From Candidatus Zhuqueibacterota bacterium (lineage in GTDB: Bacteria > Zhuqueibacterota > Zhuqueibacteria > Thermofontimicrobiales > Thermofontimicrobiaceae), in the NCBI GenBank assembly GCA_049322915.1, contig JBMOPW010000034.1:680567-744566 (forward strand): a stretch of DNA of 64,000 bases, written 5' to 3'. Each line of letters begins with the position of its first letter. Positions within the stretch are counted from its first letter, which is position 1. This document shows, piece after piece, positions 50,390 through 60,048 of this stretch. The position numbers were made by a program, and so were the translations under genes. The notes under the pieces were generated by a model. That model ran no database searches and was not told where the DNA came from. It saw nothing but the letters and a program-made list of their open reading frames with translations.

Positions 50390-51553
50390 TTATCGGATGA
50401 CCTGTTCGAGTCGGCGGGTGATATCCCGGAGCTCAGCCTCATCCGGGACGTACTGAAGTTTTATCGGTTCCAGCACTTCAAAGCCGCAGTCTTTCAGTAC
50501 CTTCTCCACCTGTCCCACGCTTTGACCGCCCCAACCATACGAGCCAAATGCAAGTCCGATGCGGTTCTTCGGAGCAAGACCGTGAAAGTACGTCAGGAAC
50601 GAGGCAACCGTCGGCAGCATATTATTATTCAATGTCGGGGAGCCCACGCAAATGTATTCCGCAGTGAGCACCTCAGTCATAATATCCGAAATATGGTTAT
50701 GCCGCAAATTCAGCAGGCTGATGTGATAGCCCTTGTTTTCAAAGGCGCTGCTGATTGCCCGGGCAATTCCTTCAGTGGATCCCCACATGGTATCGTAGAT
50801 GATCAGCGCGCGTTTGGTGGTTTTATTGCCTGCCCATTTATAATATTCGGCCACGATTTCCGAAACATGCTCGCGCCAGACAATGCCATGACTGGGCGCG
50901 ATGGTGGAAATATCGAGGCAGGACACTGCATCCAGCGCCTTTTGAACCATGGCCCCGTAGGGCAGCACAATATTCGCGTAATATTTTTTCGCCTCTTCAA
51001 GTACAATGGAGTACGGATATTCATCGTCGAACCGCTCCGATGTGGCGATGTGCTGACCGAATGCGTCATTGGAAAAAAGGATACGGTCTTGTTCGGAGTA
51101 ACATACCATGTTATCCGGCCAGTGCACCATCCGCGTGAGAATGAATTGCAAATTTCGCTTGCCGATTTTCAGCGTGTCCCCGTTATTCACAACGTGAAAG
51201 TCCCAATCCTTTTTGTAATGCGCCCGCAATCCCTTCTCTCCATTGGGAGAGGTGATGATTTTGATGCGATCATTCATCTGCAGCAACCGCGGCAATCCAC
51301 CGGAGTGATCCATTTCCACGTGATTGCTCACAACATAGTCAATTTTCCCGGGGTCAATCAGCGCAGAAATGCGCTCCATCATCTCGTCGTACAGGTAATA
51401 TTTCACCGAATCGATCAATGTAATTTTTTCATCAAGAATCAGGTAAGCGTTATAGGTCGATCCCCGCTGCGTGAGATAGCCATGAAAATTTCGCAGGCCC
51501 CAATCGATGGCGCCCACCCAGTACACATCATTCGCTAATTGAATTGGTTTCAT
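50390..51553 (-). CDS. fprA: Flavodiiron protein (FprA/A-type flavoprotein; NO/O2 reductase)
   Basis: GSTYNAYLI, NHVEMDHSG, HWPD, SNDAFGQH, PSHG, YDTMWGST, FGSYGWGG. Start at ATG 51553. Confidence 0.93.
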   Translation of the reverse strand: MKPIQLANDVYWVGAIDWGLRNFHGYLTQRGSTYNAYLILDEKITLIDSVKYYLYDEMMERISALIDPGKIDYVVSNHVEMDHSGGLPRLLQMNDRIKIITSPNGEKGLRAHYKKDWDFHVVNNGDTLKIGKRNLQFILTRMVHWPDNMVCYSEQDRILFSNDAFGQHIATSERFDDEYPYSIVLEEAKKYYANIVLPYGAMVQKALDAVSCLDISTIAPSHGIVWREHVSEIVAEYYKWAGNKTTKRALIIYDTMWGSTEGIARAISSAFENKGYHISLLNLRHNHISDIMTEVLTAEYICVGSPTLNNNMLPTVASFLTYFHGLAPKNRIGLAFGSYGWGGQSVGQVEKVLKDCGFEVLEPIKLQYVPDEAELRDITRRLEQVIR

Positions 51554-51663
51554 CCAGTTCTCCTGTATTCGTTCATTTTTCCCAATGCTTTTTATCAAAA
51601 TTCACACCCCTTAAATATAAAACTAACGGATTAAAAATCAATGATTTTTTCATCCCGCATCAA

Positions 51664-51699
51664 AATAAAAAAGCAACCCAAAGCGGGCTGCTTTTTATT
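51664..51699 (-). terminator. Intrinsic terminator after the octaheme cytochrome gene
   Basis: AATAAAAAAGCAACCC / GGGCTGCTTTTTATT. Confidence 0.7.
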
Positions 51700-51943
51700 A
51701 TCCGTTCGATATTTTCAAAAAATCAGAATGGGAAAAAATGATGATGTCGAAGAGTCGATTGAAGGAAATCCTTTGTCGCGTTGACAGCCGGGAGCAGCCT
51801 AACGATGGGCGCCCGGTTACTTCCGCCAAATGCTCAGGACAGAAGCGCGACATGCGTCTCGTCCTTTTCAGGAAAAGGGGCAATCGTTTCCACCGCACCA
51901 GCAAACGGCCCGGGCGAAGTCATTCCATTTGAAACGGCGTCCA

Positions 51944-53194
51944 TTATTGATGTTTCTCCCGGAGCTCCTGCGACAGCGTTTTGATCTCGGTCAAATCCTG
52001 CTGCATCTCGCTCCAGCCGTACCAGAGCGCATAGTCCGGATTGGCGTGGAATGTGCCCTGGAACGTCCTCATCCGGTGCTTCAGAAACATGAGAAACAAC
52101 TTTTGCTCGATCACTGTCGGCGCATCGTGAAACGTCAGCAGGTCGGGAAAGGCATAGGCATAGGAATCGGGTTTCTTCAAAACATTGTCTTTGTACAGGT
52201 CGGCGATGATCAGAATCGCCTGGGCCATGAGCCCATCCGCCTGCCGGATCATGTCGTCGCCTTTTTCAAGCTCCGCAGAAGCGAAATTGAGCGAATGGCA
52301 TTGATTGCATGTCTTCAGCATTTTATCCCGCTCCTCCTGCCAGGCCTCCTGCGTCAGTCGCGCGAGGTCCGCCGCTTTGACGGTTTCCAGGCGCATGGTC
52401 GGTTTGCCTTCCGGGTCCAGCACTCTCAGCGCTTTGAGAATCGTGGCTCGATCTTCTGCCCACTTTTTATCCGCAGGCATGGGCAGTCGAACTGCCAGAA
52501 ATCCCCAGGCGGCTCGGACTTCATGGTCGCCCTGCTGCATGTGACAGGTCTGACAGGTGGGCGCCGCCGCTTCTTCAGGCAGAGCGCCGGCCTGTTTCAA
52601 CAAAAACCGAACGCCGTGTTTGGAAGACGAATACATTTCCCATTGCGGATGATCGATGCCCATGTGACATGTCTGACAGGCCTGCGGTTGCCGGGCTTCC
52701 TTCTTCGAAAACAGATGGCGGGTATGACAGGCGTCGCAGGAGGCCACGCCAAATCCAACGCCCTGTTGCTTCAATTCAGCCAGATCCGCTTCATTTTTTA
52801 GGCCAATTTTATGACACCCGCCGCATCCTTTCATCCCTTCGATCATGGCCATGGGCTGCCAATGAGCGGTTGGCATGGCCTTCATGGCAGTCCACGCCAC
52901 TGCATGCTTTCCCTGAGAGAATTGTTGCACCTGGTTTGGGTGACATTCGGCGCAGGTTTCAGGCGTCGGAATTTTCACTTTGTCCACATCATAAGCTGAA
53001 TGATGCAACTCACCGTGACAGGTCGAACATTCAATGCCTGCCGGTGAATGCTTGCTCAGCTTCCAGTCGGATACGATGTTGGGAGTTTGCTTGCTGTGAC
53101 ACTCCACGCAATCCTGCGCCAGCGCTGCGGACGAAAACATCCCGACCGCCAGCAGGACAAGGACCCACACTACCGGTTTACTCACCATAGTCAT
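51944..53194 (-). CDS. Octaheme cytochrome c, hydroxylamine oxidoreductase (Hao) family
   Basis: Signal peptide; eight CxxCH (CVECH, CSTCH, CAECH, CGGCH, CDACH, CQTCH x2, CNQCH); CHTRH.FS..EAR.P, G.DHPQWE.Y..SKHG, FH.NPDY..WYG. Confidence 0.85.
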   Translation of the reverse strand: MTMVSKPVVWVLVLLAVGMFSSAALAQDCVECHSKQTPNIVSDWKLSKHSPAGIECSTCHGELHHSAYDVDKVKIPTPETCAECHPNQVQQFSQGKHAVAWTAMKAMPTAHWQPMAMIEGMKGCGGCHKIGLKNEADLAELKQQGVGFGVASCDACHTRHLFSKKEARQPQACQTCHMGIDHPQWEMYSSSKHGVRFLLKQAGALPEEAAAPTCQTCHMQQGDHEVRAAWGFLAVRLPMPADKKWAEDRATILKALRVLDPEGKPTMRLETVKAADLARLTQEAWQEERDKMLKTCNQCHSLNFASAELEKGDDMIRQADGLMAQAILIIADLYKDNVLKKPDSYAYAFPDLLTFHDAPTVIEQKLFLMFLKHRMRTFQGTFHANPDYALWYGWSEMQQDLTEIKTLSQELREKHQ

Positions 53195-53237
53195 TCCTTT
53201 CAGTTAAATGAATTTATAGCAAAGGGCTATCGCCCGG

Positions 53238-54542
53238 TTAAATTCGCGCGACCCCGAGGAACAGGGTGTGCAGAACAACGATCATCACGATGAACAACGC
53301 ACGGGCGCGGACCGGACGCATCTTCAAAAATCGGTACTCCAGCGAGTTGTGTTTGCAGCTTGCCAGACAATCACCGCAGAGCGTGCAGGCGATGCCGGGA
53401 CGCCGTCGCCGGATGTCTTCTTTGGTCAATGAATGATAACGGCAGACCAGGGCACATGCGTTGCATTCAGTGCACGAATCTGTGATGCGGATCCGGAACG
53501 GCGACGCCTTTCCCAGCCATGTTGCCAGAACGCCGATGGGACAGTACGTGATACAGTGCGTCATCTGTCCGGTTTTTCGGGACCAGAACACCATCACTGC
53601 GACGCCGCCAATGCCAAACAGCAATCCGAGAATCGTGGCTGTCAGCATCGACGCGCCGGCGAATCGCAATCCAATGGCTGCCAGTATCATAAAGACCAGA
53701 ATACCGATCTGCGCCGCTCGCCGCCATTCTGGGAGTCGCTGCGGTCTTTTCAGCGCGCGCGACGCCAGGCTATCCCACGCACCGACATAACACAGATAAC
53801 TGCACCAGGCCGGGCCGACGAGAATGATGGTGGATAAAAAGAGAATGGGCATGAAAAATCGTTCACCGCGAAAGATGGGGCCGGTCAAAATCATTGCCGG
53901 GACAGGCAGATGAAGTTGTCCGGTCATCAGCATTTTTTCAATCCCCAATAATCCGAACGCCAGTTGCGCAAAGAACACGATGGAAAATATGAGCCATATC
54001 CTCTGACGCCAGAGGGTCTGTTGTGGATTCATCAACTTCCCGGTGATCCATTGTGCGTACATGCCCAGAAGGAAGATTTCAATCCACCCGAAGCCGGGAA
54101 AAAACCGCTCAACCAGAAGCAGCGGCAATGCCACCACCGATTGAACGATTCCCAATAAGCCCACAGTCCCAAGAAATACAATGGCGCTCGTAACCTCCGC
54201 CGGGTGGCGGCTGGCGTAGCGTTCTCTCAATCCTCTGAATCGAAAGACCCCGGCAGACAGCAGCATGAACAGCGCCACTGCGCCGAGAATGATGGCCAAT
54301 CGGGTCCAGGGTTCACCCACCTCCTGTCGCGCCTGAATAATCCGCAGCGCTGTCCGCACCCATTCAATGGCCGCCGCCGCCAGCAGCGCCTGAATGACAA
54401 TGGCGACCCAGCGCTGACGAAGCATCAACAAAAATAATGCCATAAGGCTCACAGCTACCAGGCCGTGCTGCTCAGCGCGCGAGAAATGCGCCGCCATCAG
54501 CAGGGCGGACAGAATGACGGGCAAAAGGCGTACGACATTCAC
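53238..54542 (-). CDS. Membrane polyferredoxin (NapH/MauN/NosR-like 4Fe-4S binding)
   Basis: Many TM segments; WCSYLC, CITYCP; CTECNAC...C and CTLCGDC...C. Confidence 0.85.
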   Translation of the reverse strand: MNVVRLLPVILSALLMAAHFSRAEQHGLVAVSLMALFLLMLRQRWVAIVIQALLAAAAIEWVRTALRIIQARQEVGEPWTRLAIILGAVALFMLLSAGVFRFRGLRERYASRHPAEVTSAIVFLGTVGLLGIVQSVVALPLLLVERFFPGFGWIEIFLLGMYAQWITGKLMNPQQTLWRQRIWLIFSIVFFAQLAFGLLGIEKMLMTGQLHLPVPAMILTGPIFRGERFFMPILFLSTIILVGPAWCSYLCYVGAWDSLASRALKRPQRLPEWRRAAQIGILVFMILAAIGLRFAGASMLTATILGLLFGIGGVAVMVFWSRKTGQMTHCITYCPIGVLATWLGKASPFRIRITDSCTECNACALVCRYHSLTKEDIRRRRPGIACTLCGDCLASCKHNSLEYRFLKMRPVRARALFIVMIVVLHTLFLGVARI

Positions 54543-54582
54543 GATGACTCCCTCCCGGAAATCAAATATTCAATAAGCAACA

Positions 54583-54906
54583 TTATCCCCGTATCATGAT
54601 GAGCAACATTTTAAACGGCGTTCTGGCCGCGACAGCATGCGGGACATTGGCCGGCAACAGCACCATCTCGCCGGCCCTGACAATTGCCTGCTTGTCGCCA
54701 ATCGTCCACTCCGCTTCGCCATCGAGAGTTTGCACAACAGCATCGAACGGCGTTGAATGTTCGCTCAAACCCTGCCCGGCATCGAATGCGAAAATCGTGA
54801 GGGTGCCGGAATTGTTTTTCACGATCTCCATGCTGACCACCGAATGTGGCGCGTATTCAACCAATTTCCCAAGATTTACCGGGACCGAATCCGGAATTTT
54901 TCTCAT
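54583..54906 (-). CDS. Cupin domain protein
   Basis: FAFDAGQGLSEH..PFDA, G.....PANVPHAV.A...FKMLL. Confidence 0.88.
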   Translation of the reverse strand: MRKIPDSVPVNLGKLVEYAPHSVVSMEIVKNNSGTLTIFAFDAGQGLSEHSTPFDAVVQTLDGEAEWTIGDKQAIVRAGEMVLLPANVPHAVAARTPFKMLLIMIRG

Positions 54907-54956
54907 TGTCTCACCTATCTTTTCTTGTTAACAACGTAAACGACAGAGCGCTTATG

Positions 54957-55205
54957 GTAGCCGCTCACAGGTTCCGGGTTCACCCAGTGAAATAATACTA
55001 AATAACACAATAATTCGGTTGTTATATGATTTAAAACGCTACACACAAATTATTTTAAAATTGAAAATATTTCACGGGGTGAAGCGTTACCGGGTGGTGT
55101 TTTGGATATGGTTGCTCGTAAAATTTTGTCTGTTCAAATAATCCGTCATAACCTGTACGTGATCTTTAACCTTGAACCCCGAACGATGAACCTGTGAACG
55201 GTTAC
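54957..55205. mobile_element. Composite miniature element, family A copy 1, containing family B (54981-55081)
   Basis: Outer IR GTAGCCGCTCACAGGTTC / GAACCTGTGAACGGTTAC; inner IR CACCCAGTGAAATA / TATTTCACGGGGTG; homologous to 60049-60656. Confidence 0.8.
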
Positions 55206-55240
55206 CGCTTCTTTTCTCCATCATTGCCTAAAAGTTCACC

Positions 55241-57484
55241 TTACGCCTGCGCCTTCCTGAAGTAACTCAACCAGATCGCGCGAACCAAAAATAAAAATAG
55301 CAATATCGCGCCGGAGGCGAAGATCAAATCCGGAACCACCCGCATCCAGGCAAAGGTCTGAATGGCTTTGCTGGTGGCAATCTCCGGGCTGCGGGCGTAC
55401 CAGAGCCCATATTTCACTGCATAATAGAATTGATAAAATCCGGATGGGATCAGACTGAAAACCGCCATGGACATCAACCCGCCGTTGAGTCCCCAGAAGC
55501 TCCATTTCAGCAGGCTATCCGACCAGGAGTCCTTCTTCACAATGTGCCGGACGGAAAACAGCATCAATGCAATTGCCAGCAAGCCATAGACGCCGAACAG
55601 CGCCGTATGCCCATGGATCGGTGTGGTATTAATTCCTTGAATATAATAGAGCACGATCGGCGGATTGATGAGAAAGCCGAACACGCCGGCGCCCAGCATA
55701 TTCCAGAAAGCGACCGAGATGAAGAAATAAATCGGCCATCGGTATGGAAAGTCGGCGCCACCCATTTTAACCACGCGCAGATTGTGAACCGATTCAAATG
55801 CCAGCAAGGTGAGGGGGACAACTTCCAGCGCTGAAAATACAGCGCCCAATGCGATGACCGGCGATGGCGAGCCTGAGAAATACAGGTGGTGGAACGTTCC
55901 GATGACGCCGCTTCCCAGGTAAAGAAAGATGCTGAAATAGATGGTCTTCAGCGCGAAATTTCGACTCACGGCGCCGATGTGACCTAAAATGAAGCCCATA
56001 AAAACCGTGGCAAACACTTCAAAAAATCCTTCAACCCAGAGATGCACGACCCACCAGCGCCAGTACTCGGCTTCGGACAGATGGCTCCCCTCGCCGTACA
56101 TTAAACCGGCCATGTAAAACAGCGGAATAGTAATCGCGCTATACAGCAATACGTGGGTGATCCCGCTATAATCCTTTTCCGCGCCCAGCGCCGGACGGAT
56201 GGCGCGAACGACCAGGAACAGCCAGATGATCATTCCTGCAATCAGCAATAACTGCCAGAGCCGACCCAATTCGATGTACTCATAGCCCTGATGTCCGAGC
56301 AGGAAGGTGTTGGCGTTCATTTTGCCGGTGACCGACAGCCAGGTGCCGACCAATGTTCCGCCCAGAACGACCGCGACTGCGCCGAATAAAACCCAGGTCA
56401 GCAGTCCCTGCTTCTTTGGCTCTTTGCCAACGAATGGCCCGATGAACAAGCCGGCAGCTAAAAAGCAGGTAGCGATCCAGAAAATCGCGAGCTGCAAATG
56501 CCAGGTGCGGGCGATGGCGTACGGTAAAAATGAGGCTAAGGGAATTCCATAAAAACCGGCTCCTTCAACCGTATAATGTCCGATGATGGCGCCGAGACCG
56601 ATCTGCGCAATCAGCAGCAAGCTGGCGACCAGGAAAAAAGGAAGCGTCGCTTTTTGACTGGCGGTCGGTGCAGGCTCCGCAAAATCGGACAGCAGTTTTG
56701 TCTCATAATCCTCCTCCCGGATGTAGCGCAGATAAACGAACAGCACCACAGCGATCGCCAGAATCAGCAGGATCACGCTCACGATCGACCAGATCATTGC
56801 ATCCGGAACAGGCTGATTGCCAACGAGCGGGTCAAAAGGAAAGTTGCTGGTGTAGGTGTAATCTTTGTCCAGCCGATTGGCGCCGGCAGCCCAGGCGAGC
56901 CAGGCAAAAAAGGCAGTGATGAGGCGCCCCTCTTCGTCCGTACGAACAATGCCGGGCTGCAACGCCATGCGTTCGTTGCCGTTCCGGAATAATTGGGTGT
57001 AATACGCGGTCAGCGATTTGAATACATCCGCCTGATTCTGAGTGAAAATCAGTGTCTCATCACTGGCATTATAACGATTGGTCTTCACCTCCTGCTGAAC
57101 CTGGGCGCTCAATTTGGCCCGGGTCACCTGATCCAGCGCATCAAAATTTTCTTGTGAAAACGACTCAGCCTGCGCCTGATCCAATTCATTGTATCTGGCA
57201 GCGAGAAACAGCCCCATGCGGTGCAGGTAATCCGCCGACCAGTCCGGCGCTAAATAAGAACCATGCCCCCAGATCGTGCCGATGTGTTGCCCCCCACGAC
57301 TGAAGTAGTAGTTCTGCCCGGCGATGATATCCTCACCGGTAAAAACCACCTCGCCGGTCTCTGTTTTCACAGCAGCGGGAATTGGCGGTTTTTCCTTTTT
57401 GATCAGGTAACCTCCAAAGATCAGCACTGCAAATGCCAGCACTAGTAAAAAAATAAGCACTGCACGAACATTTGGATTGCTCAT
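55241..57484 (-). CDS. norZ: Quinol-dependent nitric oxide reductase (qNOR)
   Basis: G.IWGHGSY.APDW.AD.LH, RTWHLQ, QGYEY.ELG, WWVVHLWVEGFFE, GTFHHLY, ALEVVP, HGHTALFG. Confidence 0.93.
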   Translation of the reverse strand: MSNPNVRAVLIFLLVLAFAVLIFGGYLIKKEKPPIPAAVKTETGEVVFTGEDIIAGQNYYFSRGGQHIGTIWGHGSYLAPDWSADYLHRMGLFLAARYNELDQAQAESFSQENFDALDQVTRAKLSAQVQQEVKTNRYNASDETLIFTQNQADVFKSLTAYYTQLFRNGNERMALQPGIVRTDEEGRLITAFFAWLAWAAGANRLDKDYTYTSNFPFDPLVGNQPVPDAMIWSIVSVILLILAIAVVLFVYLRYIREEDYETKLLSDFAEPAPTASQKATLPFFLVASLLLIAQIGLGAIIGHYTVEGAGFYGIPLASFLPYAIARTWHLQLAIFWIATCFLAAGLFIGPFVGKEPKKQGLLTWVLFGAVAVVLGGTLVGTWLSVTGKMNANTFLLGHQGYEYIELGRLWQLLLIAGMIIWLFLVVRAIRPALGAEKDYSGITHVLLYSAITIPLFYMAGLMYGEGSHLSEAEYWRWWVVHLWVEGFFEVFATVFMGFILGHIGAVSRNFALKTIYFSIFLYLGSGVIGTFHHLYFSGSPSPVIALGAVFSALEVVPLTLLAFESVHNLRVVKMGGADFPYRWPIYFFISVAFWNMLGAGVFGFLINPPIVLYYIQGINTTPIHGHTALFGVYGLLAIALMLFSVRHIVKKDSWSDSLLKWSFWGLNGGLMSMAVFSLIPSGFYQFYYAVKYGLWYARSPEIATSKAIQTFAWMRVVPDLIFASGAILLFLFLVRAIWLSYFRKAQA

Positions 57485-57515
57485 AAAATGCCTCCTTCGC
57501 GTTAATTATTTTGGT

Positions 57516-57697
57516 TAGTGTCTGTCCGAAAAACCTACATTAGCTATGCGGTTGCTATTTTCAAACTTCATTACGTCAGACATCATCCCCTAAACCCCTT
57601 CTTACGCTGCGGGCAAGAAGGGGAACATCTGTTCTCCCTCTCCTTTTAGGAGAGGGTTGGGGTGAGGTCAATATTAGCAATTTTCGGACAGACCCTA
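57516..57697. mobile_element. Miniature inverted-repeat element, family C copy 2 (182 bp)
   Basis: TAGTGTCTGTCCGAAAA / TTTTCGGACAGACCCTA; reverse complement of 12424-12606 with scattered mismatches. Confidence 0.85.
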
Positions 57698-57805
57698 CAT
57701 AAATTTGTGAAACGCTGTACTAAGATTTTGAACGCCTCTGACTAACCTATAGATTGCATCCTCAAAACATCGACAATCGTTCTTGTTTCGCATTCATTCG
57801 GTGCA

Positions 57806-58333
57806 CTATCGCTTTAAAAAATAATTGGAAAAATAGTTATCCGCAGTACGCTTCGTCCACACCTGAAAGCCCTTTTGCTGCGCCATTGAAATTAACGGAG
57901 CAGGCAAAAATGGAGTGACTAATTCCAATATCTGCCCGGATCCAATTTTATCCAATTCTTTGAAGACGAATTTGACAGGCTCTTCACTCGCTTCGAGCAT
58001 CGGTCTGGCATCGATGGTTTTTATCAGTTTCGAGCTATTGAACCAATCAGGTTGTGTCATTGCGCTTGAGTCCGATCCTTCTGCCTCGTCCTCGATCATT
58101 TGTTGACCGACTTGCGTGCGCAATCGGTTGATCACCTCTGCCAATGGCACGTTGCCAATCTTCGCTGCCTGACGCAAGCTTGTCACTTTGGCAATCGTCC
58201 TTCTCAACACCGGATTTTTTAGTTTTTGAAAGGCAGGGGCAATATCAACTAATGTCGCCTCTAACTCCGGATAAATTTTCAATAATTGGTCTATTTTTGT
58301 TTCCGGAGTTATGTTGAATTTCTCTTCGCTCAT
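57806..58333 (-). CDS. DUF1858 + DUF2249-like protein
   Basis: LL..YPEL, F.KLKNP.LRRT...TSL.QAA; IDARP.L...EP, PFLPAPLI. Confidence 0.8.
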   Translation of the reverse strand: MSEEKFNITPETKIDQLLKIYPELEATLVDIAPAFQKLKNPVLRRTIAKVTSLRQAAKIGNVPLAEVINRLRTQVGQQMIEDEAEGSDSSAMTQPDWFNSSKLIKTIDARPMLEASEEPVKFVFKELDKIGSGQILELVTPFLPAPLISMAQQKGFQVWTKRTADNYFSNYFLKR

Positions 58334-58364
58334 AGGCTTGACTCTCTCTATAATCTAATAATTA

Positions 58365-58487
58365 GAATGACCAGTTGAAAGCATATGCAATAAATTCGAT
58401 ACTTTATTGTATCTGTAATGGACGGTCGCGACCGTCCACTACACGTATGTCCAATAATATAGACGCCAAAATTTTAACTGGTCATTC
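58365..58487. mobile_element. Miniature element, family D copy 1, enclosing a REP-like palindrome
   Basis: IR GAATGACCAGTT / AACTGGTCATTC; core GTAATGGACGGTCGCGACCGTCCACTAC at 58415-58442; second copy at 62320-62433. Confidence 0.8.
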
Positions 58488-58626
58488 ATATAAATAAACA
58501 CGATTGAAAACAAGTATTCGTTCATACGGTGAAAATCTATTCGCTGAATCCCGACTCAAAATATGAGGTGTCACACTCCACTCTTTGAATTGCCTGAAAT
58601 AGATGAATTGCCAGGCAGCTTTTTAG

Positions 58627-59859
58627 TCATTTGGAATAATCCAACAACCGCTGATCGCCTGTCAATTTTCTTTTTTCGGTCAAATCCTGGCTCACTTCCA
58701 GCGTCCCCAAATATTCGCCATTGACGCTGCGCATGGCAAAATATTCAATCATAACAAATTTACCAGCCATCTGAATCCAGAACGCGGCCCGGTGTTGTTT
58801 GCCTGATTTGAAGTCATTCAGGATTTCCTCAACGATATGCACACTTGATGGCGGATGACATTTTTGTACCTCTCTCCCCAGGATGGCTCGGCTGCGGGCA
58901 AAGATACGCTCTTCACCCTGAGAGAAAAACCGAACCCTGTCGTCTTTATCCACGAAGGTCAGATCAAATGGGATCGTATTGAGCAGCGCTGTCAATTCCT
59001 CAACCGAGAAACTGCCGCTCGGCAATTGAATTCTTCCTTCCTGTGGCGCTTTTGAAACATCCTCAGAGACGCCGGCTGGACGCCAGGCCACTGTCGGGTC
59101 GTACAGACAAAATCCGATCTCCAGACTCTGCGCGTAAATTTCGTACCACTCGTTTTCAGTCAGCGTATCGAGCGTCATCGGAAACAGGATTTCCTCTTCC
59201 TTGCTTATCATGTCCTCAATCGATTGCGATGCAGGCTGAAGAACCATGTGCACAACAGTTTGCGCTTCATCCAGCGTCATTGAACCAGCTTCTTTCATTG
59301 TTTCAAATGCAGCCTTCAACAGCGCGCGCGTCTCATCGTGTTTTCCCCACATCACTTGCGGCGGCCCGGTGATACCGTGTTTTTCCAGAAATGGAAACAG
59401 CAAATTTTCTTTTCGCAGGTAGTGCTTTTCCACATCAGCCAACGCATTGAAATGGCGCTGAATTTCCAGGAACAAGTGGTTGACGTCCTTTCCCGATGTC
59501 AACCCATTCATGTGTCCATACCATTCTTTCAACGCGTTCGTCTCTCGCAGCAACGCCAAATTTTCCTGCTGGAACGTATGCACAGGATGACCGGCTGGCG
59601 CAGTTCTGGCCCCTGTATGGTCAATGGCGCCTTGCAACGCAGCCGTGTGAATGTCACATAATTTCAGGACTTCCTGCTGAGGCAAGCCCTCTGATATCAG
59701 CTCTTGCTCCACCGCAACGACGTCATTATACGGCACCTGGCCGAGTAACCGGATCAGTTGTTTACGCACTGCCTCCGGCGCCTCGCCTTTGTGAAGTTGC
59801 AGAATCATGTGTTTGAGCAGCGCTTTTCTATTCCGGGCATTATTGAGTAATTCGCTCAT
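58627..59859 (-). CDS. DUF438 / hemerythrin-like / PAS domain protein
   Basis: LH.G, EQEL, LCDIH, GHPVHTF..EN, HY.RKE.LLFP.LE, VMWG.HDE, KEE.ILFP, DLTFVD.DD, V..CHPP.S. Confidence 0.88.
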   Translation of the reverse strand: MSELLNNARNRKALLKHMILQLHKGEAPEAVRKQLIRLLGQVPYNDVVAVEQELISEGLPQQEVLKLCDIHTAALQGAIDHTGARTAPAGHPVHTFQQENLALLRETNALKEWYGHMNGLTSGKDVNHLFLEIQRHFNALADVEKHYLRKENLLFPFLEKHGITGPPQVMWGKHDETRALLKAAFETMKEAGSMTLDEAQTVVHMVLQPASQSIEDMISKEEEILFPMTLDTLTENEWYEIYAQSLEIGFCLYDPTVAWRPAGVSEDVSKAPQEGRIQLPSGSFSVEELTALLNTIPFDLTFVDKDDRVRFFSQGEERIFARSRAILGREVQKCHPPSSVHIVEEILNDFKSGKQHRAAFWIQMAGKFVMIEYFAMRSVNGEYLGTLEVSQDLTEKRKLTGDQRLLDYSK

Positions 59860-59886
59860 GGTTATTCTCCTATGTTATTCCAATAC

Positions 59887-59927
59887 AATGTAACATTTAT
59901 TACAAAAATCGCATTGACTAAAGTCAA
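59887..59927 (-). promoter_or_regulatory. CRP/FNR-family (DNR/HcpR-like) box with extended -10
   Basis: TTGAC-TAAA-GTCAA at 59914-59927; minus-strand TGTTACATT at 59895-59887, close to class II spacing. Confidence 0.7.
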
Positions 59928-60048
59928 TTGCCGGGGATTTCATCGGTGGTCAGAATCTGTTTTTGCCCACGACCATAATGTGTCTGAATGAATGCAGCAA
60001 AAGCATCGGTCTGAAGGCATGATCGATTTGATGTTCTATCCGGCAGAC

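Noticed and set aside
55241..57484. NO dismutase (Nod) instead of qNOR
   Set aside because: His ligands and the HLWVEGFFE glutamates are canonical for qNOR.
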